The notes beneath the pieces are model-generated. The model made no database searches and was not told where the DNA came from. It saw nothing but the letters and a program-made list of their open reading frames with translations. A stretch of 63,264 bases of DNA, the filler included, from Rhabdomonas costata (Eukaryota): the NCBI GenBank assembly GCA_019059605.1. It is 56 parts of 56 records of this genome, joined end to end, with 100 filler letters (N's around TTAATTAATTAA, not from the genome) between each part and the next. Parts side by side here need not be neighbours in the genome. Positions count along the whole stretch, not along the records: positions 24,915 to 25,945 come from JAHMHO010032431.1; positions 26,046 to 27,077 come from JAHMHO010032432.1; positions 27,178 to 28,209 come from JAHMHO010032433.1; positions 28,310 to 29,341 come from JAHMHO010032434.1; positions 29,442 to 30,473 come from JAHMHO010032435.1; positions 30,574 to 31,605 come from JAHMHO010032436.1; positions 31,706 to 32,737 come from JAHMHO010032437.1; positions 32,838 to 33,865 come from JAHMHO010032438.1; 48 more parts are not named here. The stretch is one strand, 5' to 3'. Below, piece by piece: positions 24,930 to 36,281 of the stretch; positions within the stretch are counted from its first letter, which is position 1, and each line of letters begins with the position of its first letter. Made by a program: the position numbers and the translations under genes.

Positions 24930-25935
24930 AGACATTGGTCTCGTGTCCAATGATTTCGAAGGGAATTTCGAGACGCATGGACGTGCGGCTCATTAACTTT
25001 TCCATCGAAAACGGTCCGAACTACTCTCGGTGACAAGAGTGAACGGTTGCCATTGTAAGCTCATGTAGTAGCGCTGATGTTTGGTCTGGTTGACAAGTAC
25101 CAGATCGCCTACGCGAAACTCGAGGTAACGTCACTTCTTTTTCGATTTGTCTGAGCTACCATGGTTGCTTTTTCTTTTCAAAGGCGCCCTAAATGTCTTT
25201 TCAACGTTGCTTCAAACGCTTCACAAACTCCTTGAGTGTCTCTTGCTCTCTGTATGCGTAGAACGTCCCCTGATAGGTGTCATTTGGTGGTGAAATCCGT
25301 AGTTTAGTTAGTAGTTACTTAACTCCGTGCTTGCAATTGTAGCGTTGTTGATTGCCATTTACGCCACCGGTATGTGATGAACCAACGGTAGGACTTTGGA
25401 TCTGCAGTATTCGAATGACCTGCTCTAGTGTCTGATTAGTCTGTGATGCACGTGGTTGAAGCTCGTATTTTTGTGTACAGAGCTGTGCACACTGTATTCA
25501 AAAAGGTGCGTATGAAAAGCTGATCCCTGGCGGAGACCACACTTTGCGGTAGCCCATGGTAATGTAAAACGTCATCTAAAAACGTGTCTGCCGTCATCTC
25601 AGAGGTGTAGTTCTTGTTGATTGTGTTCACATGAGCCATTTTTGTTCACATGTCTATTACATCTGGGATCTGGTCAAAGACCATTGGGTTGACCGGTAGT
25701 TGGTACTTGCCAACGTTTGTCCAGTCGATTGAGACAGACTGACATTTTTGTTTAGCGATACTCAGAGCTTCCAGTTGATCACGCTGTGATGGTGTTCTGC
25801 CTTGGTTAATTGACACTGATGGCAGGTTTTGACATACTCGCGGACGCTTCGCTGGATGTGGGAAAGTTGTAGCGACGTTTGATCATGTCCGTTAAAATCC
25901 ACAATTCCCCTGCAAGTGGACATTGTGGATTTTAA
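24930..25935 (-). pseudogene. Decayed Ty3/gypsy integrase
   Basis: SVSIDW, TKMAH, TADTFLDDVLHYHGLPQSVVSARDQLF (cf. HGLP.SIVSDRD..F) and a downstream GPF module; many stops and frameshifts. Confidence 0.88.
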
Positions 25936-26329
25936 CACACCCCACNNNNNNNNNNNNNNNNNNNNNNNNNNNNNNNNNNNNNNNNNNNNTTAATTAATTA
26001 ANNNNNNNNNNNNNNNNNNNNNNNNNNNNNNNNNNNNNNNNNNNNGTTTGTGGGGTTGTTGCCATAGTAAAGTGAAGATGAATGTGGCAGTCAAGGACAC
26101 GATGAGCTGGGAGACGCGCCAGACCCAGGTGAGGAGGAATCTCCATCGGTCGAGAGATCGATATCAGAGATTTCAGTTTCGGAGTCAGGAGAGTTGGAAC
26201 GTGGTGGATCGGAAGTAGGTGTCTCCCACTGATCGAAGTTGAGGACTCCAGTGGAAGGCTTAGAGAAATATAAAGGTATGGATCCATCTGAGTTGCAAGA
26301 TAAATTGAGAAGATCGAATCGAAAGAAGG

Positions 26330-27077
26330 TTCACGAAGATGTTACGGAGAGTCCTCTCAACTAAGAAGAGGAGTAAGAGTCAATTGGAAGTCGAAATCTC
26401 TTGAGAAGACCATCGAAGATGACGATGAAGATAGTTTCGAAGGACTGGACCCAATGTTGAGTCTATACTCTGAAGAGGAGGAGGGTGAGGAGTTGTCGGA
26501 GGTGCCAGTCCCAGATAGACCAGTGGAGTACGACATTGAACCAGAATACGAATACTTCGCAGTTGAGGAGCTTCCAGACGGAGATAGCGTAGAAGCTGAT
26601 GAGATAGAGCAGCAGTACCTGCGCCCAGAGCCGGGATTGGAAGAATTCAGAGGAAGTATCCAAGAAGTGGAGTTGTGGGATGCAGAAGCAGCTCACGAGG
26701 TTGAAGATGTGGAATAAGTAACTTCAGGAGCTCAAGTGGATCAGGAAGCCTCAGTTGAGGTATCCCACGAAGCTAAAGCGTGTGGAGAGCGCATGGCAGC
26801 ACGTTGGAGAGAATTGCAGGAGCATATGGAAAAAAGGTCAAGTAGATCCCCAGCTAAAGACCCAGAAGATGGATCGTTTGAGGCGATGGAAGCTGAGGAT
26901 AAAAAGCCGTTAACGGATTCGGAAGCAGAAAAGAGCGAAGATAAATATGGCGAAGTGATGTTAAGCAATGTTAAAGGAAGAATCCCGTTGCCGAGATTTG
27001 GGTCAGAAGAAGAGGTAAAGATGGAGCCAACGATCTTCATGGCTATGTGCTATAACTTGATGGTGACCCCATGCATA
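26330..27077 (+). mobile_element. Interrupted acidic ORFs, possibly retrotransposon gag-region remnant
   Basis: Intronless purine-rich frames with stops; ends GRIPLPRFGSEEEVKMEPTIFMAMC, like the gag P.F.G....P..F...C pattern; composition similar to 7950-8950. Confidence 0.35.
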
Positions 27078-27698
27078 NNNNNNNNNNNNNNNNNNNNNNN
27101 NNNNNNNNNNNNNNNNNNNNNTTAATTAATTAANNNNNNNNNNNNNNNNNNNNNNNNNNNNNNNNNNNNNNNNNNNNGTGTTGGGTGTGTGTGGGGTTTT
27201 GTGGATGCTGGGCGGCTTTGGTTTATGGCCTGTCTTTTCTTTCGTCTGTGTAGGGGCTTATGCGTTGGTATATCAGTGTCTGTCTGGGCCTTCAGTCTTT
27301 CTCTTGGGGCCTTGGTGCGTCTTGAATTTCTTGCGTGGGGCTTAGGGGTTTGGGTTTCTCGCTGCCGTCCTTGCGTTTCTTCGGCTTAGCTTTATGTTGT
27401 CATCTGTCACACTTTGCCCATCTCAGTCTCAGGTTTGTCCGAGTGTTTGCGCCGGGTGCCTCCGTTCTTTCTGCTGTCGGTGTGACCTTGTGGGCTTTAC
27501 GGGTGTGGTTTTCGGACGAGGCCGTCCTTGTTGTTGTGTGCACTCCTTTAAGTGGGTCGGAAATTTGGCCTTGTTTGGCTGTTTTGCCGGTGTCCTTCCT
27601 GACTCGCTTTCTTCGTCACGCACATTGCCGCGCTTCTCTTTGCATCGCAATGCTCCTTGACCCTTAAGCACATCCACCCTACACATATCACTGCATGC

Positions 27699-27941
27699 CT
27701 GGGCCTCCTTCTGGGCATCGGTCATTCCACCGGAGATCGCTCGGATGTCACTGATAAACAGCTCGCAGCGGCCCTTCCACTGCTTGGCCGTCTCCTCCGT
27801 GAAGTAGGCGTTCTCTAGGGTAATCCTCTCGGTGGGTGCCGCCTCGAAGGGTGCGGGATCGACCAGGTGGAAGGTCAGCTGGGGAAGCAGCTGGCTTAAA
27901 AAGTTGATGTGGTTCCCAGGGGCTGCCCCAGCGTACACCAC
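27699..27941 (-). CDS. Exon of a VP39/PARP-regulatory-family cap-specific 2'-O-ribose methyltransferase
   Basis: CAG acceptor; VVYAGAAPGNHINFL, FHLVDPAPF, YFTEE, LFISDIR match poxvirus VP39 (VVYIGSAPGTH ... ISD.R) and kinetoplastid MTr2/MTr3 motifs; the 3' boundary may extend to ~27685. Confidence 0.85.
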
Positions 27942-28521
27942 CTGCAGAGGTGAGAGGGCAACGCTACCTTGTACCACAAAACACATTGCCATGGGCACCC
28001 CCCAACCCCCAAAGACCCCCAAAGCACAAGAAAAAAGCAACAGCACGCAGATGCACAGAGTGGAGCAATACACGCAACACGGAGGGCGTATTTATGCACC
28101 TAAAAGGCTGCTGACAAACCACCAACAAAGGACGCTAAAAAGGCAAATAATTCTGCATCTTTGTTCCCTCTTCCCCTCGTGGGTCAATGTTGGGACAAAC
28201 CCACAAAAANNNNNNNNNNNNNNNNNNNNNNNNNNNNNNNNNNNNNNNNNNNNTTAATTAATTAANNNNNNNNNNNNNNNNNNNNNNNNNNNNNNNNNNN
28301 NNNNNNNNNTTGAACATTACTCCTCTGTTTTTCTCCCCCTCCTGTATTTTTGCATTTGCGCTGCTGTGCGTGTTGCCCGACCTTGGATTGATTAGCATTC
28401 ACAATATGGCAGTGTCTCAGAAAAATGCGTTGGAAAGGTGTTTGCTGTCCCTTGTTGTGGTATTAACGGCAAAGCGAATGAGATCAGTTGCAGATCTTTG
28501 TATGGTGGATTTCTTTTGCAG

Positions 28522-29062
28522 GTGTTGGGCGCTGTGATGGGAAAGTCCTTGCTGTTTCAGGAGCTCAACGACTACTATAAAACGTCGATTCTTGCGGGTA
28601 TGGTGCCGTCGTGTATTCTCCGCTCTGTCGGGAGCCCAATTCCTGGACTGCGTTCTGTATCATGGTGACAGTTCTTTGTGTGTTTACGGAGCTGATGCCT
28701 GTGCTGACAGTTATCAGGCAGTATTTCATCAATCACTCGTGTAACTTCTTGAATATCTCCTGAATTATGTTCGATCCCTCATTTATTTTCGATTCAATGC
28801 ATGATTTTGTCGATCCGGACCTTATATTTTTTCTGCTCGCTGTTGGTCCCACTCTCGTTCGCTGGGAATGACCAAACTCTACACTTGCCTCGCTTGCAGC
28901 TATTCAAATGTCTCAGATGAAGGGGTGTGGCAGCAGGGCAGCCAGGACGCGCTCCATCTGGTGGACGTGGTATACAACGCGGAGGCCGCGCTGCAGTTCG
29001 GGCGGGTCTTCGAGCTGGTGCCCTCCGCCTCTGCCGCGAGGACGGACTTCGATGGTCTCTAG
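28522..29062 (+). CDS. Last two exons (28522-28597, 28917-29062) of an unknown protein
   Basis: GTATG donor and TCTCAG acceptor in phase 1; VLGAVMGKSLLFQELNDYYKTSILADEGVWQQGSQDALHLVDVVYNAEAALQFGRVFELVP...TAG. Confidence 0.55.
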
Positions 29063-29481
29063 TGCGCGGATGCACGATGCTGCTGCCCGATTTCAGTCCC
29101 TTCAACGTTTATCAGATCTGAAATTGTCCCATTCCATTGTTTTTCCCGAGTGTGGATTTATCAATGCAACTTTGACATGCAGTCGTATGATTAAGTAGTT
29201 CACGATGCACTGAATTAGGATTAGCAAGCAAGACTCCTTGTGGTACCTCAGGGGTGCATGCTACAGATGCAGGGCAGGTGAAAATGTGGCAAACCGTGAC
29301 TGCACCGTTCACTTCCGCTGTACTTGCACACACACCAACCCNNNNNNNNNNNNNNNNNNNNNNNNNNNNNNNNNNNNNNNNNNNNTTAATTAATTAANNN
29401 NNNNNNNNNNNNNNNNNNNNNNNNNNNNNNNNNNNNNNNNNTTGTGGTTGAAAGGGTGCGACTTTTTTGGGTGCTGCTCAG

Positions 29482-29601
29482 ATTGGCCAGCAGCTGTTCG
29501 AGTTTGTGAGCTTGCTTCGCGAGTCTCCGGAGCAGTGCCGCTCGAGCTGGGAGCAGATGGTCGCGCTGAGCAACCTGACGTTCACGTTTCAGTCCACTCC
29601 G
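29482..29601 (+). CDS. Internal exon, unknown protein
   Basis: CAG/GTGCA boundaries, 120 nt, IGQQLFEFVSLLRESPEQCRSSWEQMVALSNLTFTFQSTP. Confidence 0.55.
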
Positions 29602-30284
29602 GTGCAGTGTCGTGAGCAGTCCGTGAGTAGGCATAGTTTCCCCCCAGGAGTTGGTGTTTCCTGAAGCTGATGTGTCTTTAGTTGGGAGCTTTTATGTGAC
29701 AGCCAAACATGGACACGCACACTCACGTACCGGTGAGACAATGCACGCACTAATGGAAGTTCACGAGAGTTGCCTGTGCTGAAAGGTGTTTACATGAAAG
29801 TGGGCAACCACCAACCTGTACGCTGGTTTCTATGCGCGAACGTGGGTGTACAGAACTCAATCCCTGCTGAATAATGTGCGACAGCGAGGCAGCAATTTGG
29901 GTGGTTATAAGGGTTTCCAGAATTCTCGGTGCTGACTCGGTCATTGCTGGTATTTTATGATCATCACTCTGGTCGCAACTTCACTAGTAGGTATGGTCCT
30001 ACTTTTTACTTGCAGCAGGGCGCCGTGCAACGAAGGTGTGCGGTGACATGTGGAACTAGGCACCTGAGCTTGCCTTTCTCTGGCATTGTATTGTCACGTG
30101 ACAGGAACGTTGGCGCCCCAAACGACGTCCCCACCACAGCGTCGATCCATTCCAACGTATCAGAATGAAACGGACCTGGGCCATTCTCCTGGCAAAGCCT
30201 AGCAAGGAAAAGTACCCATCAACACCCTCTCATGAGGAATACGTCCCCTGGGCACAGAAGAGCAGATGTTGAGCAGTGCACGTG

Positions 30285-30420
30285 GTAGAGGGCGATGTGC
30301 GTGTACCCTGAGATTCCGATAGAAGATTTGCAGGGGGGTTTGAGGGCGATGCACGTGTTAGAGGGCAATGCACGTGTCCCCTGGGATTCCGATAGAAGAT
30401 TTGGGAAAAGATACGTGTGT
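30285..30420 (+). repeat. Degenerate ~53-bp minisatellite family, copy 1
   Basis: AGAGGGCGATGCACGTG.CCCTGGGATTCCGATAGAAGATTTGCAGGGGG units. Confidence 0.85.
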
Positions 30421-31769
30421 GGGGGTGCCCGTATAATGGGGCAAAATGGGGTATACGAGGTGTACAATGGCATNNNNNNNNNNNNNNNNNNNNNNNNNNN
30501 NNNNNNNNNNNNNNNNNTTAATTAATTAANNNNNNNNNNNNNNNNNNNNNNNNNNNNNNNNNNNNNNNNNNNNTGTTGGGTGTGTTGGGTGGTGTGTGTG
30601 AGGGGTGGTGCGGTTGCATGTTCGATACGATGGGGCGCTGCTCCCTGAAGCAGTGGCAGCGGAGTGGTCATCCCAGACCGCGGCGGCCGCGGGGGCGGCC
30701 TCCGCATCTGGAGTCTTCTTCCGAAACGGCTGCATTCGGCTCACCAGTCGGGACAGCGACCCCTATTTCACGGAACGGGAGGGGAGAGGGCCGGCGGTGT
30801 TTGCATGGGCTTCGTCTTGTCTCACAATCGCAGTCTTTCCTCCATCCCCCCAATTCCCACCCCCCATACGAAACCAGAGGTTGCATACGTGCCAATATTA
30901 CTCCTACCTAGCCTTTGCGCCAAAAATTGGCCCCTCTTTCCCAACCAGTGGGGGTGCACAAGGGACGACCTGGGAAGCGAAAACAAGATGTCCTGGAGGG
31001 GCATTTTATCAGTCAGAAATCATCCTGAACATTAATGTGGCGCAGATCACGTCAAAAGTAAGAGTTACAGCTGAGACGCTAATTCGGCAAAAAAAAATGA
31101 TCTAGACAGCAGGTTGGAATATTCGATTATTTCTTGATATGTTCTCTCAAAGGAGTCAATAAGGGGGTATAACTCAAGTCCCAAGGGGGAGGTTGGATTA
31201 TGGATTGAGTGATCTTTGGCTTAGACAGTGCCTGGACCTTTTGCACACTTTATTGCAGCACTCGGCTGGGCTTGTGTTTCTACCGATTATGACCTCCCTT
31301 CCATTGCTGCTTGTCGCTTCCTTTCTCCCGCACCCCACTTGTCCTTTGTAAATTATTTCTATATGTACTCGCCCTGTGGTCCCTGCCGTTGCCCGGTTCC
31401 GTTGGCCGGTTCCGTTCCTCTTTGTCTGTAACCCGACCCCTGTTTACCCGAATTGCTGTGACGCAGTGCCGTGACTTTTGCATCGCATAAAAACTCTCAC
31501 TTCGATCTTCCTGGGCTCTACCAACCAATGAGTCCAACCAGTTTTTAAACACATACCAGCACCTTCCTATCAATGGCATCCTCCAACCTCCAGACAGACA
31601 AACACNNNNNNNNNNNNNNNNNNNNNNNNNNNNNNNNNNNNNNNNNNNNTTAATTAATTAANNNNNNNNNNNNNNNNNNNNNNNNNNNNNNNNNNNNNNN
31701 NNNNNGTTTTTGGTTCTAGCCGGCGCCCAGCGCCGGCTCGTTCTGCAGGGTAGAAGATGGAAGACTTTA

Positions 31770-32050
31770 AGGGGGTCAGAGGGAGATGCACGGATCCCCT
31801 GGGATCCCAATTTAGCATTGGCAGGGGGTTAGAGGGCGATACACATGTTCCCTGGGATCCCAATAGAAGGTTTGCAGGGGGTTAGGTGGCGATACACGTG
31901 TCCCCTGGGATCCCAGTAGACGACTGGCATGGGGTTATGGAGCAATAGAAGACTGGCAGGGGGTTGAGGAGCGATGCACGTGCCCCTGGGATACCTATTG
32001 AAGGTTTGCAGGGGGGGTAGGTGGCGATGCACGTGTTCTCTGGGATAGGA
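31770..32050 (+). repeat. Degenerate ~53-bp minisatellite family, copy 2 (~5 units)
   Basis: Unit GGGGGTTAGAGGGCGATACACATGTTCCCTGGGATCCCAATAGAAGGTTTGCA; unit starts at 31824 and 31877. Confidence 0.9.
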
Positions 32051-33374
32051 GCATAGGCCTAGCCCCCCGTGCACGTGAAGGGACTTGTATCTTGATGTGC
32101 TCCTCCAGATTTTCACGGCCTCTGTTTGACAGTTTTTCTCTAATCTGAGGCTTTTTCGCAGCTATGCTAGGAAAAGTGCCTCCCTTACTTCTGTGGCTCT
32201 GCACTGTCAATGCTTTGTTATGGGGTTCCAGGAAGGGGGGGGCGCTAAGTATAGTTATGCCAAACATAGTTAACCGATTTTACGATCAAACGATGAGGTT
32301 CAAAACAAGCGTGGAGGAGGGGCGGCTACTATGTGTCCAATATCATATACCGTACGTGGTCGTGGAAAGTCTGCCGCCCAGGCTACCATCTCAATTCGCT
32401 TGCTCTGGCCACGCAACGGGCTTGCCTCCCCCACACTCTCTCCGTCTCCCAAAGATGCCAAAACCCTACAGCTAGCTACTTCCACACAACCAAAAGTCTA
32501 TCTCGAAGAACAAGAAAAGGCATCCCTAGACCAATGTCTTTGAATCACACCGTTTGAGAGTACCAAATCGTAATAATACTATCGCCCTCTCCTTCCAAAA
32601 AAAGACAGCTCACACAAAGCGCAACCATCAAAAGGCAAAAATTCAATCCATCACACTGCACTCGGCCACCTCCAGAGAACAGGAAGCCTTCGGTGCTCCG
32701 CACGCACCGCACGGCGCGAGTGTGGTACCCCCAACACNNNNNNNNNNNNNNNNNNNNNNNNNNNNNNNNNNNNNNNNNNNNTTAATTAATTAANNNNNNN
32801 NNNNNNNNNNNNNNNNNNNNNNNNNNNNNNNNNNNNNCAACGGGCCCAACAACCCCAATGCCTGGGGGCCAGGGGAACCGCTTGGTGATGAAGAGGAGAC
32901 ATGAAAGTCAACCTGACACGGAAGGAACAAACCGAAGGCATCAGCTTTTCAGCAGGTCCAGGGGATCGCAACGGATATGAGACACGGATTTGAGACATTT
33001 CGAAAGGTTGCCCGAAATTCGCATTCGTATTTAAGGCTTCAAGGTTTCAAGGTCATAACTTCAGTTTTGAGCATTCGTATTCATCGTATTTTTTTTTCGC
33101 TATACGAAAACACGGGGATCCCTGGATGGTAGACTAAAATCAAACTGCCGCACGGGCGCGATCGGGTAACTTTCCACGCAGACCATTAAGCATAACGGTT
33201 CGCCGGCGTTTTATGGAGAATGTTCCAGGACCACTGCATTGTCTTGGTGACTCGCCAAACCCGCCAGGAGAAAAGAAAACAAGGCAACATCCATTCCCAA
33301 AGAAAAGGTTGCGGTTGTGCGTCCGAAAACAAAAAAGCATCGCCCGCCTTGGGAGGAGGCAACGGAGGAGGGGC

Positions 33375-33525
33375 TTACTTGCCCTTGGCCTTGGGAACAG
33401 CGGCCTTGGACCTGGCCCGACCGCGGATCCTCTTCCCGCGGTTCTTCTTCTCCTTGCGCTGCTTCCGGGCCACGGTCTTCTTCTTCGCCATCCCCAGACG
33501 GATCAGCCTGTGCCTGGGCTCAATC
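33375..33525 (-). CDS. RPS24: Terminal exon of 40S ribosomal protein eS24
   Basis: TAG acceptor; IEPRHRLIRLGMAKKKTVARKQRKEKKNRGKRIRGRARSKAAVPKAKGK-TAA matches eS24 EP..RL.R.G......RKQRKERKNR.KK.RG. Confidence 0.92.
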
Positions 33526-33989
33526 CTATTGCCAGAGGCGAAAATCATGAGGTGACACAGTGTACCCCAACATCGAGATTGGGCGGCGGGAATAAGCAGG
33601 GGGGGGGGAGCGAGTACGCCAGAGAGTATGCCAGCAACAAAGCTGCTGGCACCTCAGGACATTGCGCATGAACGTCGTGCACGCACAGGATCAAAACCAA
33701 TGCCCCCAATTGAGATGGCAGCAAATTAGCAACTGGCGACCATGGGCAAAATCCAGACTCCATAAAATCGGGAAAGCCGAAACGCCGGACACACGCACTG
33801 AAACCCGTCTACGGAGAGGGAGCGCGTGAACAGGGACGCCCCCCCCCCAACGCAAGGAAGTGCCCNNNNNNNNNNNNNNNNNNNNNNNNNNNNNNNNNNN
33901 NNNNNNNNNTTAATTAATTAANNNNNNNNNNNNNNNNNNNNNNNNNNNNNNNNNNNNNNNNNNNNTGGGTTTGTGTTAGCCCGCCAAAA

Positions 33990-34127
33990 ATGGGCAAGCC
34001 CGGCCCCAAGCGGTCCAAGAACATGCGGCAGCTGGTGCAGATTGCCACCAAGCAGGCCACCCTTCACAAGGGCCAGAAGCTTATCCCCAAGAAGCGCATC
34101 CAGAAGCTCAAGCGGATTGCTGGTGGC
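33990..34127 (+). CDS. First exon of a basic Lys/Arg-rich protein; further exons likely near 34362-34498 and 34666-34709
   Basis: MGKPGPKRSKNMRQLVQIATKQATLHKGQKLIPKKRIQKLKRIA with strong GC3 bias; donor position uncertain. Confidence 0.55.
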
Positions 34128-34258
34128 GTAGCTCGCTTTTTTTTCCTCCTTCTTTGCTGCGTGGCCGATCATCTTGAAGTGGCAAACGAGATGTGCCATG
34201 GTTGAGCAGGCTTTAGAGAGGCCTGCCGAAGCGCTGTCTTGAGCGTCGGTTCCGTGCA

Positions 34259-34319
34259 AGTGTTTGTGTGTGTTTGTTTGTTTGTTTGTTTGTTTGTTTG
34301 TGTGTGTGTGTGTGTGTGT
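34259..34319. repeat. Compound (GTTT)n/(GT)n microsatellite
   Basis: Seen directly. Confidence 0.95.
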
Positions 34320-35105
34320 ACGCGCGCGTACACATGCTGTTGCGCCATTGAGGTTTCCCAAGAACCTCCGCCCAGCAGTGGAGTTATTCGAGTTATTCGC
34401 ACCCCGGAGAAGCGGCCAGGCAGCGGGAAAGAATTTGAAAGCCCAGAAGCCCCAGAAGGCAGAAAAGACCTCCACCAACGCCATGCCTTGTACACCTAGT
34501 GTGGACGAACATCCTGTTGTGTTATCCGAGAATCAAACATTTGTGTGTAACAGTGGCATCGGAATTTCTGGCTTTCATTGGCACGGGCCATCCCCTGAGA
34601 TAGGGAGGGAGGGGGGGTGATTCTGCCTCTCAGAGCTTGCAGGGGAGCGTGCTCCCGAAATTAAGCAGCCTGGGATGAAGAAGGAGAAGTACCTGCACCC
34701 CAAGGGAAGGTCAGCTTTCTGCCTTCCCTTGCCGTCCCTTTTCCCCTTCCCGTTGCACTTTGCGTTTCCTGCTGCAAAGCCTGGACCTCATCCAGACGCT
34801 GACATACCCACGAATACTCGGCACAAGCCTTCTGCTCGTCCAGTCGCGCCATGCGTCTTCCAAAAGCATCAGGGCGTTGGGACAGCTGTATTTGGGGGGG
34901 TGGGTGCGTTGAACGTTTGCACCGCTCTCTTTTGGCTTATGCGGATTTTGGAATCGCCGTTGGGTTTTGCCATGCAAATGTTCAACGCACCCAACACCNN
35001 NNNNNNNNNNNNNNNNNNNNNNNNNNNNNNNNNNNNNNNNNNTTAATTAATTAANNNNNNNNNNNNNNNNNNNNNNNNNNNNNNNNNNNNNNNNNNNNGT
35101 GTTGG

Positions 35106-36087
35106 GTGTTTTTGGGTATGCCCCCATTCTGGGGCAGCGGCTTTGCATTTGTACAAGCCTTTCAGGCATCCATGAACGCGCTTGGGTTCGGTATACTTGC
35201 CGACTGGGTCTCTTTGGAGGCCTACACCGTTGGACGAGTAATCACCAATACCTTGCAGCGGCTGGGCCCTAGCACTCTTTTTGACCGCAGCAGCTTCATA
35301 AGCACGGTGTACAACTCCTCCGTGTATGTGTTGGAGGATATCACGGTGGGGCCTTACCAGTGGGGATGCAACCAAGGCCTGCGGGAAGTGTGGGTCTCGG
35401 AAATGGGCGGCGGGACGTACAGCGATGTGGAGGGGTACAGCTTTGATTTTTCCCAAAGTTGCTTCAGTGACACCACAAGCTTGCGCCGGCCTCTCATCTT
35501 TGGGCTCTGCGCGACCCTAAGTGGGCCCAATGCGGAGACGGCTGTGCTGTTCCAACAAGGCCTGGAGGCAGCATTTAGCACGATCAATGCAAATGGAGGG
35601 ATCGGTGGGCACATGCTACATGTGCTGGCGGTGGATGACGGTGGGAGTGCGGAGTTGGCGTCGAACCTGAGCTCGAGGTTGATCCACACGGAGCGTGTGT
35701 ATGGGATGTTTGGAGGCAGCCTTGGCGCGACGGCAGCGGCGATAGCGAGGCAATGCGTTTCCAACGGGGTGCCGTACATCGGCCCAATGAGTGGGAGCGC
35801 GGCTCTTCGGACGCACTTTGAGCGGTATTTTTCTTTTTGCATCTTTGCTAGTGAGTGATAGAAACACATTAGCACATTCATTGAGTTACCTAATCTTCTA
35901 CCTGAATTTTGATGTGCCCTGAATATCCGCCCCGTGAGCTGCTGTAGGAGACTTCTTTCTGGCTCTCTCTTTTTTGATGCTCTTTTGCACGGGTAGGTCC
36001 GTGCTTTTCCTCCGAGGCTCTGTTCGAGAAGAGCTGATGGCGATCGTGTCGGACCTCTTCGCTCGCGGCATCCGAACGGTTTCTCTG
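35106..36087 (+). CDS. Exons (35106-35824, 35997-36087) encoding tandem periplasmic-binding-protein (Venus flytrap) domains of a receptor-type protein
   Basis: End of one domain (SLEAYTVGR...VGPYQWGCNQG.REVW), then start of another (FGLCATLSGPNA...GLEAAFSTINANGGIGG..L...AVDDG...GVPYIGPMSGSAALR); a phase-2 GT-AG intron joins to SVLFLRGSVREELMAIV. Confidence 0.85.
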
Positions 36088-36281
36088 GTGAGCTCCACTC
36101 CGGAATCCCTCAGCGTGCACCACCCCCCCNNNNNNNNNNNNNNNNNNNNNNNNNNNNNNNNNNNNNNNNNNNNTTAATTAATTAANNNNNNNNNNNNNNN
36201 NNNNNNNNNNNNNNNNNNNNNNNNNNNNNGTTTTTTTTTCGGCCGTGCTGCTTTCGCTTTTTCCTGAAATGTAAGCGGGTC

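Noticed and set aside
36230..36242. TTTTTTTTTCG resembling the 3' end of the Euglena spliced leader upstream of PIG-B
   Set aside because: It sits in the G/T primer-derived contig edge, and the contig is unspliced genomic DNA
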